Shown here: in pieces, positions 24,028 through 31,532 of the stretch | Position numbering within the stretch: position 1 is the stretch's first letter | How the letters are laid out: the number at the start of each line of letters is the position of its first letter | Virus record (IMG/VR): IMGVR_UViG_3300042898_004337 | Location: 5,607 to 69,606 of that record | Origin: a virus | DNA length: 64,000 bases | Strand: one strand, 5' to 3' | Translations under genes and position numbers: made by a program | The notes under the pieces: model-generated | What the model was told of the DNA's origin: nothing | Databases searched by the model: none | Seen by the model: the letters and a program-made list of their open reading frames with translations, nothing else

Positions 24028-24177
24028 CCATACGCTTAATTAAGCACCATTAATTGAATCCTCTGCAAGCACAGAGGTTTGATTATACGTTATGTAACCT
24101 ATTCAATAAACCGTCAACTCGAGTAAAGCGTGTTGAGGATAGGCATATAGTGTAGAGGATTCAACTAATGGAAATTT

Positions 24178-24264
24178 GGTGCGGTCCTATAATGGTATTA
24201 GAGCGGATTGCTAATCCGTCGCTCGGCGTAATCCGGGTTCTGAGTTCGAGTCTCAGTCGCACCG
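24178..24264 (+). tRNA. tRNA-Ser(GCU), class II
   Basis: acceptor GGTGCGG/TCGCACC, stem CGGAT/ATCCG, loop TGCTAAT, long variable arm, T-arm CTGAG-TTCGAGT-CTCAG, CCA. Confidence 0.65.
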
Positions 24265-24276
24265 CCAAACATACAT

Positions 24277-24365
24277 GCCAGCGAGACTTGGTAGTCAGAG
24301 AGGCCTTATAGACCTTTTAGCGCCAGATTAGCGTTCTTGAGAGGGTTCGATCCCCTCCGCTGGTA
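24277..24365 (+). tRNA. class II tRNA, anticodon undetermined
   Basis: acceptor GCCAGCG/CGCTGGT, T-arm GAGGG-TTCGATC-CCCTC, CCA, 89 nt. Confidence 0.4.
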
Positions 24366-24377
24366 CCAATGATTGAT

Positions 24378-24451
24378 GCGCCTATAGCTCAGTTGGTCAG
24401 AGCAGAGGACTCATAATCCTTTGGTCCTAGGTTCAAGTCCTAGTGGGCGCA
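24378..24451 (+). tRNA. tRNA-Met(CAU) (copy 2)
   Basis: D-arm AGCTCAGTTGGTCAGAGC, stem GAGGA/TCCTT, loop CTCATAA, T-arm CTAGG-TTCAAGT-CCTAG, CCA. Confidence 0.7.
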
Positions 24452-24471
24452 CCAAGTTATTAAAATAGAGG

Positions 24472-24500
24472 TTGACAGGATTATAAATATCCTGTATAAT
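24472..24500 (+). promoter_or_regulatory. sigma70 consensus promoter TTGACA-N17-TATAAT
   Basis: perfect hexamers. Confidence 0.65.
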
Positions 24501-24508
24501 AAAAATTT

Positions 24509-24589
24509 GCCCCGGTGGTGTAATGGTAGCCACGCTGGTCTTAGAAGCCAGTGCCGAGAGGCGTGTCGGTTCGAGTCCGACCTGGGGCA
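24509..24589 (+). tRNA. tRNA-Leu(UAG), class II
   Basis: acceptor GCCCCGG/CTGGGGC, stem CTGGT/GCCAG, loop CTTAGAA, 13-nt variable arm, T-arm GTCGG-TTCGAGT-CCGAC, CCA. Confidence 0.6.
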
Positions 24590-24593
24590 CCAT

Positions 24594-24672
24594 ATTAAAA
24601 CACATACAGATCCGCCCTCTAGTAGGGGAGATAGCGACTAGCGTTGAAGGACTGTTTAAATGTGTTTTAATA
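24594..24672 (+). ncRNA. candidate small structured RNA between tRNAs
   Basis: long inverted repeat TTAAAACACAT...ATGTGTTTTAA enclosing CCGCCCTC/GAGGGG-containing hairpins. Confidence 0.25.
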
Positions 24673-24673
24673 T

Positions 24674-24745
24674 GGGCTGATAGTGATAATGGGAGCACAG
24701 TGGCTTTGCAAGCCTCGGGTGGGAGTTCGATCCTCCCTCGGTCCA
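24674..24745 (+). tRNA. tRNA-Ala(UGC)
   Basis: acceptor GGGCTGA/TCGGTCC (GU pairs), D-arm GTGA-TAATGGGA-GCAC, loop TTTGCAA, T-arm GGGAG-TTCGATC-CTCCC, CCA. Confidence 0.6.
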
Positions 24746-24769
24746 CCATAAAATTTTTTAAGGAATAAA

Positions 24770-24943
24770 ATGAGAGCAAGAACAGGTTCAACTTTTAGGT
24801 TGAGTAAAAGAGCAAAGACTATGATAGCATTGATGAGTTTTAAGAACGATCAAGACCGTCATGGATTCAAAAATGCAATGATAGATGCTCAAGTGGCTGC
24901 GAACATTGTTCCGCGATCCTCTAAAGAGCGAGACGCAAAGTAA
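24770..24943 (+). CDS. hypothetical small protein (57 aa)
   Basis: AAGGA RBS; MRARTGSTFRLSKRAK...; between tRNA genes. Confidence 0.35.
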   Translation: MRARTGSTFRLSKRAKTMIALMSFKNDQDRHGFKNAMIDAQVAANIVPRSSKERDAK

Positions 24944-24950
24944 AGTATAT

Positions 24951-25023
24951 TCCCTGGTAGCTCAGCGGTAGTAGCAGCAGACTGTTAATCTGTTGGTCGC
25001 AAGTTCGATCCTTGCCCGGGGAG
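24951..25023 (+). tRNA. tRNA-Asn(GUU)
   Basis: D-arm GCTCAGCGGTAGTAGC, stem GCAGA/TCTGT, loop CTGTTAA, T-arm GCAAG-TTCGATC-CTTGC, CCA. Confidence 0.65.
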
Positions 25024-25053
25024 CCAAATTTTTTAAACCAACGAAAGTAATAG

Positions 25054-25284
25054 ATGATTAAAGTTATTAAAGTTCCCTTTTCTCCACAGAACATCGACAC
25101 AGACAAATGTGTCGAAGCCGTGGGCAATAGATTTGATCTAGTTCTGATTGCCAGTGCTCGAGTTCGCGAACTGCGACGTGGTCATGCCAAGCAGGTTAGT
25201 GGAACTAACAGTGCTACTATTACTGCCTTGCAAGAAATCGAAGCAGGCAAGATTGGTAGAGAATATCTTAAAAAGGTTCGGTAA
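25054..25284 (+). CDS. hypothetical protein (76 aa)
   Basis: ORF track. Confidence 0.4.
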   Translation: MIKVIKVPFSPQNIDTDKCVEAVGNRFDLVLIASARVRELRRGHAKQVSGTNSATITALQEIEAGKIGREYLKKVR

Positions 25285-25550
25285 TGTCAAAAGGGTCGAG
25301 GCCGCGTCCTTATAGTGTTAGCCAGAATACATTTGCTAACAACTATGACGCTATTTTTGGAAAGAAAGATATGCAAGTAAGAGTAAAAGAAAATGCAGAT
25401 GAGATTGGAAAATGCGGTTGTGGTCGTAGTCCGACTGGTAAGTGTGTCGGTTGGCATGGTCTAACAGAAGCTGACTTTCAATCAAAGCTAGCATCATATC
25501 TAGCAGATGAACAGTCAAAGAATGTAAGTGATTCCACTCAGGGCGGTTAA
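25284..25550 (+). CDS. hypothetical protein (88 aa, Cys-containing)
   Basis: TAATG stop-start overlap with upstream ORF. Confidence 0.4.
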   Translation: MSKGSRPRPYSVSQNTFANNYDAIFGKKDMQVRVKENADEIGKCGCGRSPTGKCVGWHGLTEADFQSKLASYLADEQSKNVSDSTQGG

Positions 25551-25559
25551 ATATATTGC

Positions 25560-25631
25560 GCCCTGTTAGCACAGTGGCAATGCGCCGCTCTTGTAAAGCG
25601 GAGATCGTCTGTTCGATTCAGACACGGGGCA
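25560..25631 (+). tRNA. tRNA-Thr(UGU) (second copy)
   Basis: acceptor GCCCTGT/ACGGGGC, stem CCGCT/AGCGG, loop CTTGTAA, T-arm GTCTG-TTCGATT-CAGAC, CCA. Confidence 0.65.
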
Positions 25632-25639
25632 CCAAGTTT

Positions 25640-26000
25640 TTAGGTTAATTACAGCTATCAAAAATATGCCGACTGCTAGGTCATTAAACTAGTATTAACC
25701 TGTCGAACACCCGGTTTACTGTTTTTACGTTATAAAACAGCGTCCCTGTAACGATAGACCAGGGGGTACACTAGGACCTGACCTCACAGTCCCCATTTCA
25801 GGGATACTGGAAACTGCCTAGGGTGAGGATTAACAGCCTTTCCAAAAGAAGAAAATGTTATGGACAGAGTAACAGCTCAGTCTAGGGCTCATGTGGTGTG
25901 AGTAGCTAGACACTTTATTGAAATACATTTAGCCTAAACCATAGGTTGGGAAGATGGGATGCACACCACCCGAGTGAAACGTGATAAATGTATTTTAATA
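25640..26000 (+). ncRNA. about 360-nt non-coding region with extensive local secondary structure (candidate structured RNA)
   Basis: no ORF >60 aa on either strand within a tightly packed array; paired segments e.g. CCCTG...CAGGGGG, CCTCAC...GTGAGG. Confidence 0.25.
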
Positions 26001-26006
26001 AAGTAT

Positions 26007-26077
26007 GCGGGGTTAGTTTAGTGGTAAAACGAGATCCTTCCAAGTTCAAGTCGCGAGTTCGATTCTCGCACCCCGCT
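26007..26077 (+). tRNA. tRNA-Gly(UCC) (second copy)
   Basis: acceptor GCGGGGT/ACCCCGC, loop CTTCCAA, T-arm GCGAG-TTCGATT-CTCGC, discriminator U, CCA. Confidence 0.6.
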
Positions 26078-26179
26078 CCAAGTTTTGTAGAGATGCAAGT
26101 GCCAATCTGAGTTATAAACTCCCCGGTGCATCCCGGCTATGCTTAGATATTGGCTCTAGGCTTACTACAGTTTTTATTT

Positions 26180-26251
26180 GCCTCGTTAACTCAGTGGTAG
26201 AGTGACGCTTTTACACGGCGTAGGTCGGCAGTTCGAAACTGTCACGAGGTA
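26180..26251 (+). tRNA. tRNA-Val(UAC)
   Basis: D-arm ACTC-AGTGGTAG-AGT, stem ACGCT/GGCGT, loop TTTACAC, T-arm GGCAG-TTCGAAA-CTGTC, CCA. Confidence 0.65.
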
Positions 26252-26261
26252 CCAAGATAAT

Positions 26262-26335
26262 CGGTGTGTAGCTCAGCTTGGTAGAGCTCTGCGTTTGGGA
26301 CGCAGTGGTCGCATGTTCAAATCGTGTCACACCGA
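26262..26335 (+). tRNA. tRNA-Pro(UGG) (second copy)
   Basis: acceptor CGGTGTG/CACACCG, D-arm TAGCTCAGCTTGGTAGAGC, stem CTGCG/CGCAG, loop TTTGGGA, T-loop TTCAAAT, CCA. Confidence 0.65.
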
Positions 26336-26405
26336 CCATAAATACAAAAAAGAATTCACCATGGCACACGGTGTATAATAGGATAAGTAGTGTGGCAAAG
26401 AATAT

Positions 26406-26476
26406 AGCGGGCAGGGCGGCCACCACTCCAGTCTCATAAGCTCGGAGCATCCCAGGTTCAAATCCTGGGCCCGCAT
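26406..26476 (+). ncRNA. atypical tRNA-like element (T-arm CCAGG-TTCAAAT-CCTGG, CCA; interior non-canonical)
   Basis: acceptor AGCGGGC/GCCCGCA with one mismatch. Confidence 0.3.
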
Positions 26477-26480
26477 CCAA

Positions 26481-26604
26481 TTTTAGGATACATGCAGCAA
26501 CGTCTTAAATGACATGTTGGTTCGATTCCAACTCCACGCTTTTGCGTAGATCGCTCAATGGTAGAGCAATGGCTTCCAAGCCATCGAAAAAGGTATCCTG
26601 TTTT
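26481..26604 (+). repeat. conserved intergenic hairpin element (copy 4) enclosing split/permuted tRNA-like halves
   Basis: TTTTAGGATACATGCAGCAAC...GGTATCCTGTTTT; interior has a T-arm plus 3' acceptor strand (26516-26539) upstream of a 5' acceptor/D-arm/anticodon-arm segment (26544-26584). Confidence 0.4.
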
Positions 26605-26871
26605 ATTTTGTTATTCCGGACGCCCTGAAAGGGGAGGTGGTATCGAGCAGTGCGGCAGTATAGCTGCCATGGCGTCGTGAGGTTGTAGAACAATAAACTG
26701 ATAAAATCTACAATATAACAAATGGTTTGACCATTTAGGTTCTTTTCAGCAATCTTATTAAACTTTCTGTAAAAAAGACGGGCCAGGTTCGAATCCTGGG
26801 CACTGCTTGGTCAGCGGTGTTGGTGTAGTGGTAGCACATAAAATGAGAACCTGTTAACTAAAGGAGTAGAC

Positions 26872-27011
26872 ATGAAAGTAAAAGAAACGCTTGACAAAGC
26901 ATACGGTAATGTCCCAAAAGAAATAACTCCTAGTTTCGGAATGGATTGGCCTCCATCATTCCGCGGAGTTAAATACTACTGGCTAAAACTAGTAAGAAAA
27001 TTCACAAGATA

Positions 27012-27012
<1 letters not shown>
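26872..27012 (+). CDS. hypothetical small protein (46 aa)
   Basis: strong AAAGGAG RBS; immediately downstream of a tRNA 5'-fragment (26812-26845). Confidence 0.4.
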
Positions 27013-27087
<75 letters not shown>

Positions 27088-27089
27088 AT

Positions 27090-27116
27090 AAGCCCTACTT
27101 CGGTAGGGCTTTCTCT
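27090..27116 (+). terminator. rho-independent terminator closing the tRNA array
   Basis: stem AGCCCTAC/GTAGGGCT, loop TTCG, then TTTCTCTT. Confidence 0.6.
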
Positions 27117-27143
27117 TGACTAAATGTTGAAAAGAAAGTATAA
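27115..27143 (+). promoter_or_regulatory. sigma70-like promoter TTGACT-N17-TATAAT (ATG about 7 nt downstream, possibly leaderless)
   Basis: hexamers seen; ATG at 27151. Confidence 0.55.
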
Positions 27144-27150
27144 TATATAG

Positions 27151-27378
27151 ATGTATAAAGTAAAAGGTAAAGATATAATTTCCGAAGTTGCTTCATTAGA
27201 AGAAGCAATGCACACTGCCAAAGAGATGAACGAGTTTGTGTCTATCACAGGACCAGATTTTGAAATCGTAGGTATGTTCGGTGTAGATAGCGTGAAGGAT
27301 GGGCTGTGCCCAGATGGTGTTGCCTACGATTGGAACAAAGCGAGCCGTATTGGCGGCATGAAGAGAGAAAGAGTTTAA
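27151..27378 (+). CDS. hypothetical protein (75 aa)
   Basis: ORF track. Confidence 0.45.
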   Translation: MYKVKGKDIISEVASLEEAMHTAKEMNEFVSITGPDFEIVGMFGVDSVKDGLCPDGVAYDWNKASRIGGMKRERV

Positions 27379-27379
27379 C

Positions 27380-27637
27380 GTGGCAAAGGCACAACCAGAA
27401 CACCGAGACAAACTAGGACGAATGTTGGCAGTGGGCGATGCTGTCTGCTATCCTAGCCACAATAGTCTAGAACTAGGCACTGTAAAGAAACTTAATCCTA
27501 AACTGATTACGGTTATCGAAGCAGGACGAGGTGCAAGTAAATGGTATACTGGTAGTAACAAGTATCCTGGAGATCTTGTCAAAGTTGACGGGCCTGAAGT
27601 TACGATGTACCTTTTGAGGATAAATTCTTCTGCTTAG
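27380..27637 (+). CDS. hypothetical protein (85 aa)
   Basis: GTG start after AGAGAGAAAGAG. Confidence 0.4.
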   Translation: MAKAQPEHRDKLGRMLAVGDAVCYPSHNSLELGTVKKLNPKLITVIEAGRGASKWYTGSNKYPGDLVKVDGPEVTMYLLRINSSA

Positions 27638-27824
27638 CCAAATGCAACCGGGCCTCTAGTTCCTGAGCAACAATATAGTCAGTTGAAGCTAATCTAGCCA
27701 ACCAACCTAACATTAGACCCTTTTGTGCCGCCAGTGTTTCTCCTTTTGTAGGATACGTATAGTGGTTCAGTAGTTCGTTTAAATCGTCTAACTTTTCTTG
27801 GATTCGAGTTTTGGGATTGACCAT
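27600..27824 (-). CDS. hypothetical protein (74 aa)
   Basis: convergent ORF overlapping 3' end of upstream gene; no clear RBS. Confidence 0.3.
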   Translation of the reverse strand: MVNPKTRIQEKLDDLNELLNHYTYPTKGETLAAQKGLMLGWLARLASTDYIVAQELEARLHLAKQKNLSSKGTS

Positions 27825-27840
27825 ACTATTATTTACTAGC

Positions 27841-27869
27841 TTGACTAAGTGGTAAAGTTATGCTATAAT
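27841..27869 (+). promoter_or_regulatory. sigma70-like promoter TTGACT-N17-TATAAT
   Basis: hexamers seen; AAGGAGA RBS follows. Confidence 0.6.
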
Positions 27870-27895
27870 TAGAAAGAGTTTAAAAGGAGAACCAC

Positions 27896-28363
27896 ATGCC
27901 ATGGATTGAAAATGTAGCAGCCGCTGATATACCAACTAGGTTTCATCATGAGGCAGGTGAGAACAGTATGCTGATCAGCATTGTTGATCCGGCCAGCTGG
28001 CGCCCTGTGCCCGCACACAAGTTCAAAGAGATTCATAATTTTGAATTTCTAGATGTGGAAAAGAATGATGTTGTTCTTGAAGAAGCCATGCGGTGTAGTC
28101 AAGAGCAGGCTAACGAGCTTGTTCGACTGCTACAACATGCACTAGCCAACCGTATGAATGTAGTTGTTCACTGCTTTGCAGGCATTTGCCGTAGTGGCGC
28201 AGTGTGCGAAGTTGGAGTCATGATGGGCTTCGATGACACTGGTCGATTCCGTAGTCCTAACCTGTTGGTCAAACATCGCATGATGAAGTCTCTGGGTTGG
28301 ACTTATGATGAAGATGAAAAGCCAAATGTAGATGATTGGCGAACTTTTAGGAGTGTAGATTAA
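27896..28363 (+). CDS. dual-specificity/protein-tyrosine phosphatase-like protein
   Basis: VHCFAGICRSGA = HCx5R(S/T) catalytic loop. Confidence 0.6.
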   Translation: MPWIENVAAADIPTRFHHEAGENSMLISIVDPASWRPVPAHKFKEIHNFEFLDVEKNDVVLEEAMRCSQEQANELVRLLQHALANRMNVVVHCFAGICRSGAVCEVGVMMGFDDTGRFRSPNLLVKHRMMKSLGWTYDEDEKPNVDDWRTFRSVD

Positions 28364-28828
28364 ATGGCAAAATGTTATCAATTGATTGGAGTGCCTGGTT
28401 CAGGTAAAAGTACTTGGGTGGCTGAACAAGACTGGGCGTTAACCTGCTCTTGTATTAGCACAGACAAGTGGGTTGAAATCTACGCAAAGGAAGTAGGACG
28501 CACCTACAGCGAAGTGTTTGTAGACTTTATGCCCACTGCTGTAGACCTTATGGCCAAGGAAGTTGTTGCGGCTCGTGAAATGAATCGAGATATTATCTGG
28601 GATCAAACTAGTACTACTCTTGCAAGTCGTACTCGCAAGTTTAACATGTTACCTGACTATGAGCATATTGCAATAGTGTTTAAGACACCTGAACACAAAG
28701 AACTTATGCGCCGATTGATGAGCCGCCCTGGCAAAGAGATTCCGGATCATGTTATTGCCAGCATGATTGCCAGTTGGGAAGAGCCCACTGAGGAAGAAGG
28801 GTTTAAAGAAATTTGGTATGCCAGTTGA
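28364..28828 (+). CDS. P-loop NTPase/kinase (AAA-like; polynucleotide kinase-like)
   Basis: Walker A GVPGSGKST near N-terminus. Confidence 0.5.
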   Translation: MAKCYQLIGVPGSGKSTWVAEQDWALTCSCISTDKWVEIYAKEVGRTYSEVFVDFMPTAVDLMAKEVVAAREMNRDIIWDQTSTTLASRTRKFNMLPDYEHIAIVFKTPEHKELMRRLMSRPGKEIPDHVIASMIASWEEPTEEEGFKEIWYAS

Positions 28829-28853
28829 CGGTATAGGTCACTGGCTGTATAAT
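28825..28853 (+). promoter_or_regulatory. sigma70-like promoter TTGACG-N17-TATAAT
   Basis: hexamers seen overlapping 3' end of upstream CDS. Confidence 0.5.
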
Positions 28854-28863
28854 AGGAAATAAT

Positions 28864-29409
28864 ATGAAAACTTGGATTACTTCGGATCTCCATTTCGGGC
28901 ACAAGAACATCATGAAGTTCTGTCCACAAACACGAGCACGATTCCGTGACGATGTCGGCTATATGAATAGCGCAATGGTAGAAGAATGGAATGCCAAAGT
29001 GGAGCCAGGTGATTTAGTCTACATCTTAGGCGATGTAGCGTTTATGTCAGGAAGTGATGCTGGACGAATGATGAATCGGTTGAACGGAGATAAGATCCTT
29101 GTAGAAGGCAACCATGACCGCAAGACCCTAATGGATGTAACATTCCGCGATGCATTTGTTGAAGTACATAAGTATTTGGATGTTACCTATGACGGACACA
29201 AGTGCGTGATGTTTCACTATCCTATCTATGAATGGGATCAGATGCATCGTGGTGCTCTGCACTTTCACGGTCACTTGCACGGTGGCACTACAGGGATGGA
29301 AAAATATCGTTGCATGGATGTGGGTATGGACTCAACTGGGGAAATTGTAATCACCATGGATCGGGCAGTTCGTATGATTAAAGATAACGAAATTAAAGGG
29401 CATCACTAA
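28864..29409 (+). CDS. calcineurin-like metallophosphoesterase
   Basis: DLHFGH, GDV, GNHD, GHLH motifs. Confidence 0.65.
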   Translation: MKTWITSDLHFGHKNIMKFCPQTRARFRDDVGYMNSAMVEEWNAKVEPGDLVYILGDVAFMSGSDAGRMMNRLNGDKILVEGNHDRKTLMDVTFRDAFVEVHKYLDVTYDGHKCVMFHYPIYEWDQMHRGALHFHGHLHGGTTGMEKYRCMDVGMDSTGEIVITMDRAVRMIKDNEIKGHH

Positions 29410-29417
29410 ATATTTGC

Positions 29418-29648
29418 ATGTTCAACAAATTTGTTAAAATGTTCAAAGATCCCGAACAGGGCACAGTAAAGCTCAGTTTCATAGCGTTAAACGAAAACGA
29501 TGAACCCTATGAGGACGTTGCTACTATGCCTTATCATGACGAGTACATTCGGGCGGACATAGAAGCCAAGTTCAAAAAGTTCATGCTACTGCGTAAGCAT
29601 TTGGTTGTGGAAATTACCGTTTTAGAAGTAGTCAAAACTAGTACTTGA
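29418..29648 (+). CDS. hypothetical protein (76 aa)
   Basis: ORF track. Confidence 0.4.
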   Translation: MFNKFVKMFKDPEQGTVKLSFIALNENDEPYEDVATMPYHDEYIRADIEAKFKKFMLLRKHLVVEITVLEVVKTST

Positions 29649-29760
29649 GTTTACAGTTTAGATAAACTTTAGTACACAAATCAGCACCGAAGAACGTTTT
29701 ACAGCGATTCTTTTGCGCTAGATGCACACAAGCTCATAAGAATCTAGTTTGCTATTCTGG

Positions 29761-29789
29761 TTGACACGCCCTGCTTTCAATGTTATAAT
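29761..29789 (+). promoter_or_regulatory. sigma70 consensus promoter TTGACA-N17-TATAAT with conserved leader
   Basis: perfect hexamers; leader TATACACTTATTAGCAAGGAGAGTAGCATGGAAG. Confidence 0.65.
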
Positions 29790-29815
29790 ATACACTTATT
29801 AGCAAGGAGAGTAGC

Positions 29816-30424
29816 ATGGAAGCACTAATTGAAATGCCAGTTATTAGAAATCACATTACATATCCTTATGTAATTTCTGATAATTTGATTGATCTAAGTA
29901 TATTAGATGCCATTGAAAAATATTGTAGCCAACAAGGCACAAATCCTGCTACAATAGGTAATCGAGATCAAAATAAAGATATTAGAATATCAGAAACAAA
30001 ATTTCATTTTATCAACGATGCTAATGGGTGGATTTTTGATATTTTAGAATATGTTGCAAATATTATAAATGATAAGAATTTTCAATTTGATTTAATTGGA
30101 TTTGATCGATTTCAGTATACTGTATACAACCAAATTGGATCACATTATGCATATCATACAGATATGGCATTTGGTTTAAGTTCAGCCGTTGAGTTGCGGA
30201 ATCCAAGAAAACTATCATTTAGTTTAGTACTATCGGATAATACAGATTATACAGGAGGTGACTTTGAAATAATTACTGACAATGTCGATGCTCCAATAAT
30301 TATTCCGCAAGAAAAAGGAAGAATTATATCATTCCCGTCATACATTCATCATCGAGTAACACCATTGACCAGTGGGGTTCGTAAATCAATTGTATTCTGG
30401 GCAGTGGGTCCAAAATTTAAATAA
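29816..30424 (+). CDS. 2OG-Fe(II) oxygenase (prolyl 4-hydroxylase-like)
   Basis: AAGGAGA RBS; HYAYHTDM...GGDFEI...IHHRV (H-x-D...H triad, jelly-roll core). Confidence 0.55.
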   Translation: MEALIEMPVIRNHITYPYVISDNLIDLSILDAIEKYCSQQGTNPATIGNRDQNKDIRISETKFHFINDANGWIFDILEYVANIINDKNFQFDLIGFDRFQYTVYNQIGSHYAYHTDMAFGLSSAVELRNPRKLSFSLVLSDNTDYTGGDFEIITDNVDAPIIIPQEKGRIISFPSYIHHRVTPLTSGVRKSIVFWAVGPKFK

Positions 30425-30439
30425 GATGTCAAATCCCGG

Positions 30440-30468
30440 TTGACAGCATGGTAAATCCATGCTATAAT
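30440..30468 (+). promoter_or_regulatory. sigma70 consensus promoter TTGACA-N17-TATAAT with conserved leader
   Basis: perfect hexamers; leader TATATACTTATTAACAAGGAGAGCAGCATGGAAG nearly identical to that at 29790. Confidence 0.65.
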
Positions 30469-30494
30469 ATATACTTATTAACAAGGAGAGCAGC

Positions 30495-31031
30495 ATGGAA
30501 GATTTTACAATGGATCTCAGCGGATTTGATGTAGTCCGTAAGGCGCAAGTCTATGCCATGGCTGCTCACGCCGCAGTTGGACAGAGGCGTAAGTACACTA
30601 ACGAACCCTACATTGTCCACCCGGCTGAAGTTGCCAAGATCGTAGCAGGCGTTCCAGGTTCAACTCCGGACATGGTGGCGGCTGCTTGGTTGCATGATGT
30701 TGTGGAAGACACTGGTTGTACTTTTACTGACATCCATATGGCTTTTGGCATCGACATTGCTACCTTGGTTGGATGGTTGACTGATGTTAGTCAACCACAT
30801 GATGGCAATCGTGCCCACCGCAAGGCAATAGACCGTGCTCACACTGCCGAAGCTCCCGCTGAAGCACAAACCATCAAGTTGGCAGATTTGATCTCTAACA
30901 GCCGTAGCATCATGGCTCACGATCCTGCTTTCGCCAAGACCTACTTGGAGGAAAAGAGATTGTTGTTGGCTGTGATGACCAAGGGTGACGCAGGGTTGCA
31001 CGCCGAAGCCAGCCGGTTCGTAGGTGTATGA
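30495..31031 (+). CDS. HD-domain phosphohydrolase, (p)ppGpp hydrolase-like
   Basis: YIVHPAEVA...AAWLHDVVEDT motif pattern of RelA/SpoT-type HD domain. Confidence 0.55.
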   Translation: MEDFTMDLSGFDVVRKAQVYAMAAHAAVGQRRKYTNEPYIVHPAEVAKIVAGVPGSTPDMVAAAWLHDVVEDTGCTFTDIHMAFGIDIATLVGWLTDVSQPHDGNRAHRKAIDRAHTAEAPAEAQTIKLADLISNSRSIMAHDPAFAKTYLEEKRLLLAVMTKGDAGLHAEASRFVGV

Positions 31032-31321
31032 TTGATTTAGACGTTAATAGTTTTTATCCGCATACTCCTATGAACTGGTTTACTAAACGACCTCGGACTC
31101 TCGAAATGCGAGTGCGTGAAGAACTTGCTCCCCAGAAATACACTGTGTATTATTCAGGCGGTGATTGGTGGGAAGAAAAGGATGCTATGACAGAGTGGTG
31201 CTCGAAGCAGTTTGGACACAGAAATGACGGATATAACAATCCTCGTTGGAGTCCTGGACCTTTTGAGTATAGATTCAAAAACGAAAAGGACGCTATGTTC
31301 TTTATGTTAAAGTGGGGATGA
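31028..31321 (+). CDS. hypothetical protein (97 aa)
   Basis: ATGA overlap. Confidence 0.4.
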   Translation: MIDLDVNSFYPHTPMNWFTKRPRTLEMRVREELAPQKYTVYYSGGDWWEEKDAMTEWCSKQFGHRNDGYNNPRWSPGPFEYRFKNEKDAMFFMLKWG

Positions 31322-31322
31322 T

Positions 31323-31532
31323 ATGAAATTCTTTTGGGGCGAGACTAAAGGGCTCAAGGCAGATGTCGAACGTCATCGTGCCCATGAAGCCGAACTGGAT
31401 GCTAAGATAGCAGAGTTGGAAGGCAAGGAAGATCCTATGAGCATTGCCTCATTGCGAGTATATCGTCGCTTCCGTGCCCAACTGCTACAGAGCAAGGCTG
31501 ATGTTGTAACCAAGATTGGAAAAAAGAAATGA
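31323..31532 (+). CDS. hypothetical protein (69 aa)
   Basis: ORF track. Confidence 0.4.
   Translation: MKFFWGETKGLKADVERHRAHEAELDAKIAELEGKEDPMSIASLRVYRRFRAQLLQSKADVVTKIGKKK

Noticed and set aside
26354-26383. Candidate promoter TTCACC...TATAAT before the 26406 tRNA-like element
   Set aside because: Spacer is only about 14 nt, and no extended -10 is present.
18616-26604. Possibility that the repeated hairpins are a CRISPR array
   Set aside because: Only 4 copies, separated by kilobases and tRNA genes. The repeats are imperfect and each is an inverted-repeat hairpin rather than a direct repeat with unique spacers.
26651-26800. Putative 150-nt tRNA with a 75-nt insertion (GCAGTGC...GCACTGC pairing plus CCAGG-TTCGAAT-CCTGG T-arm)
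   Set aside because: The acceptor complementarity could be coincidental over this distance, there is no CCA, and the interior has no recognisable D-arm or anticodon arm.
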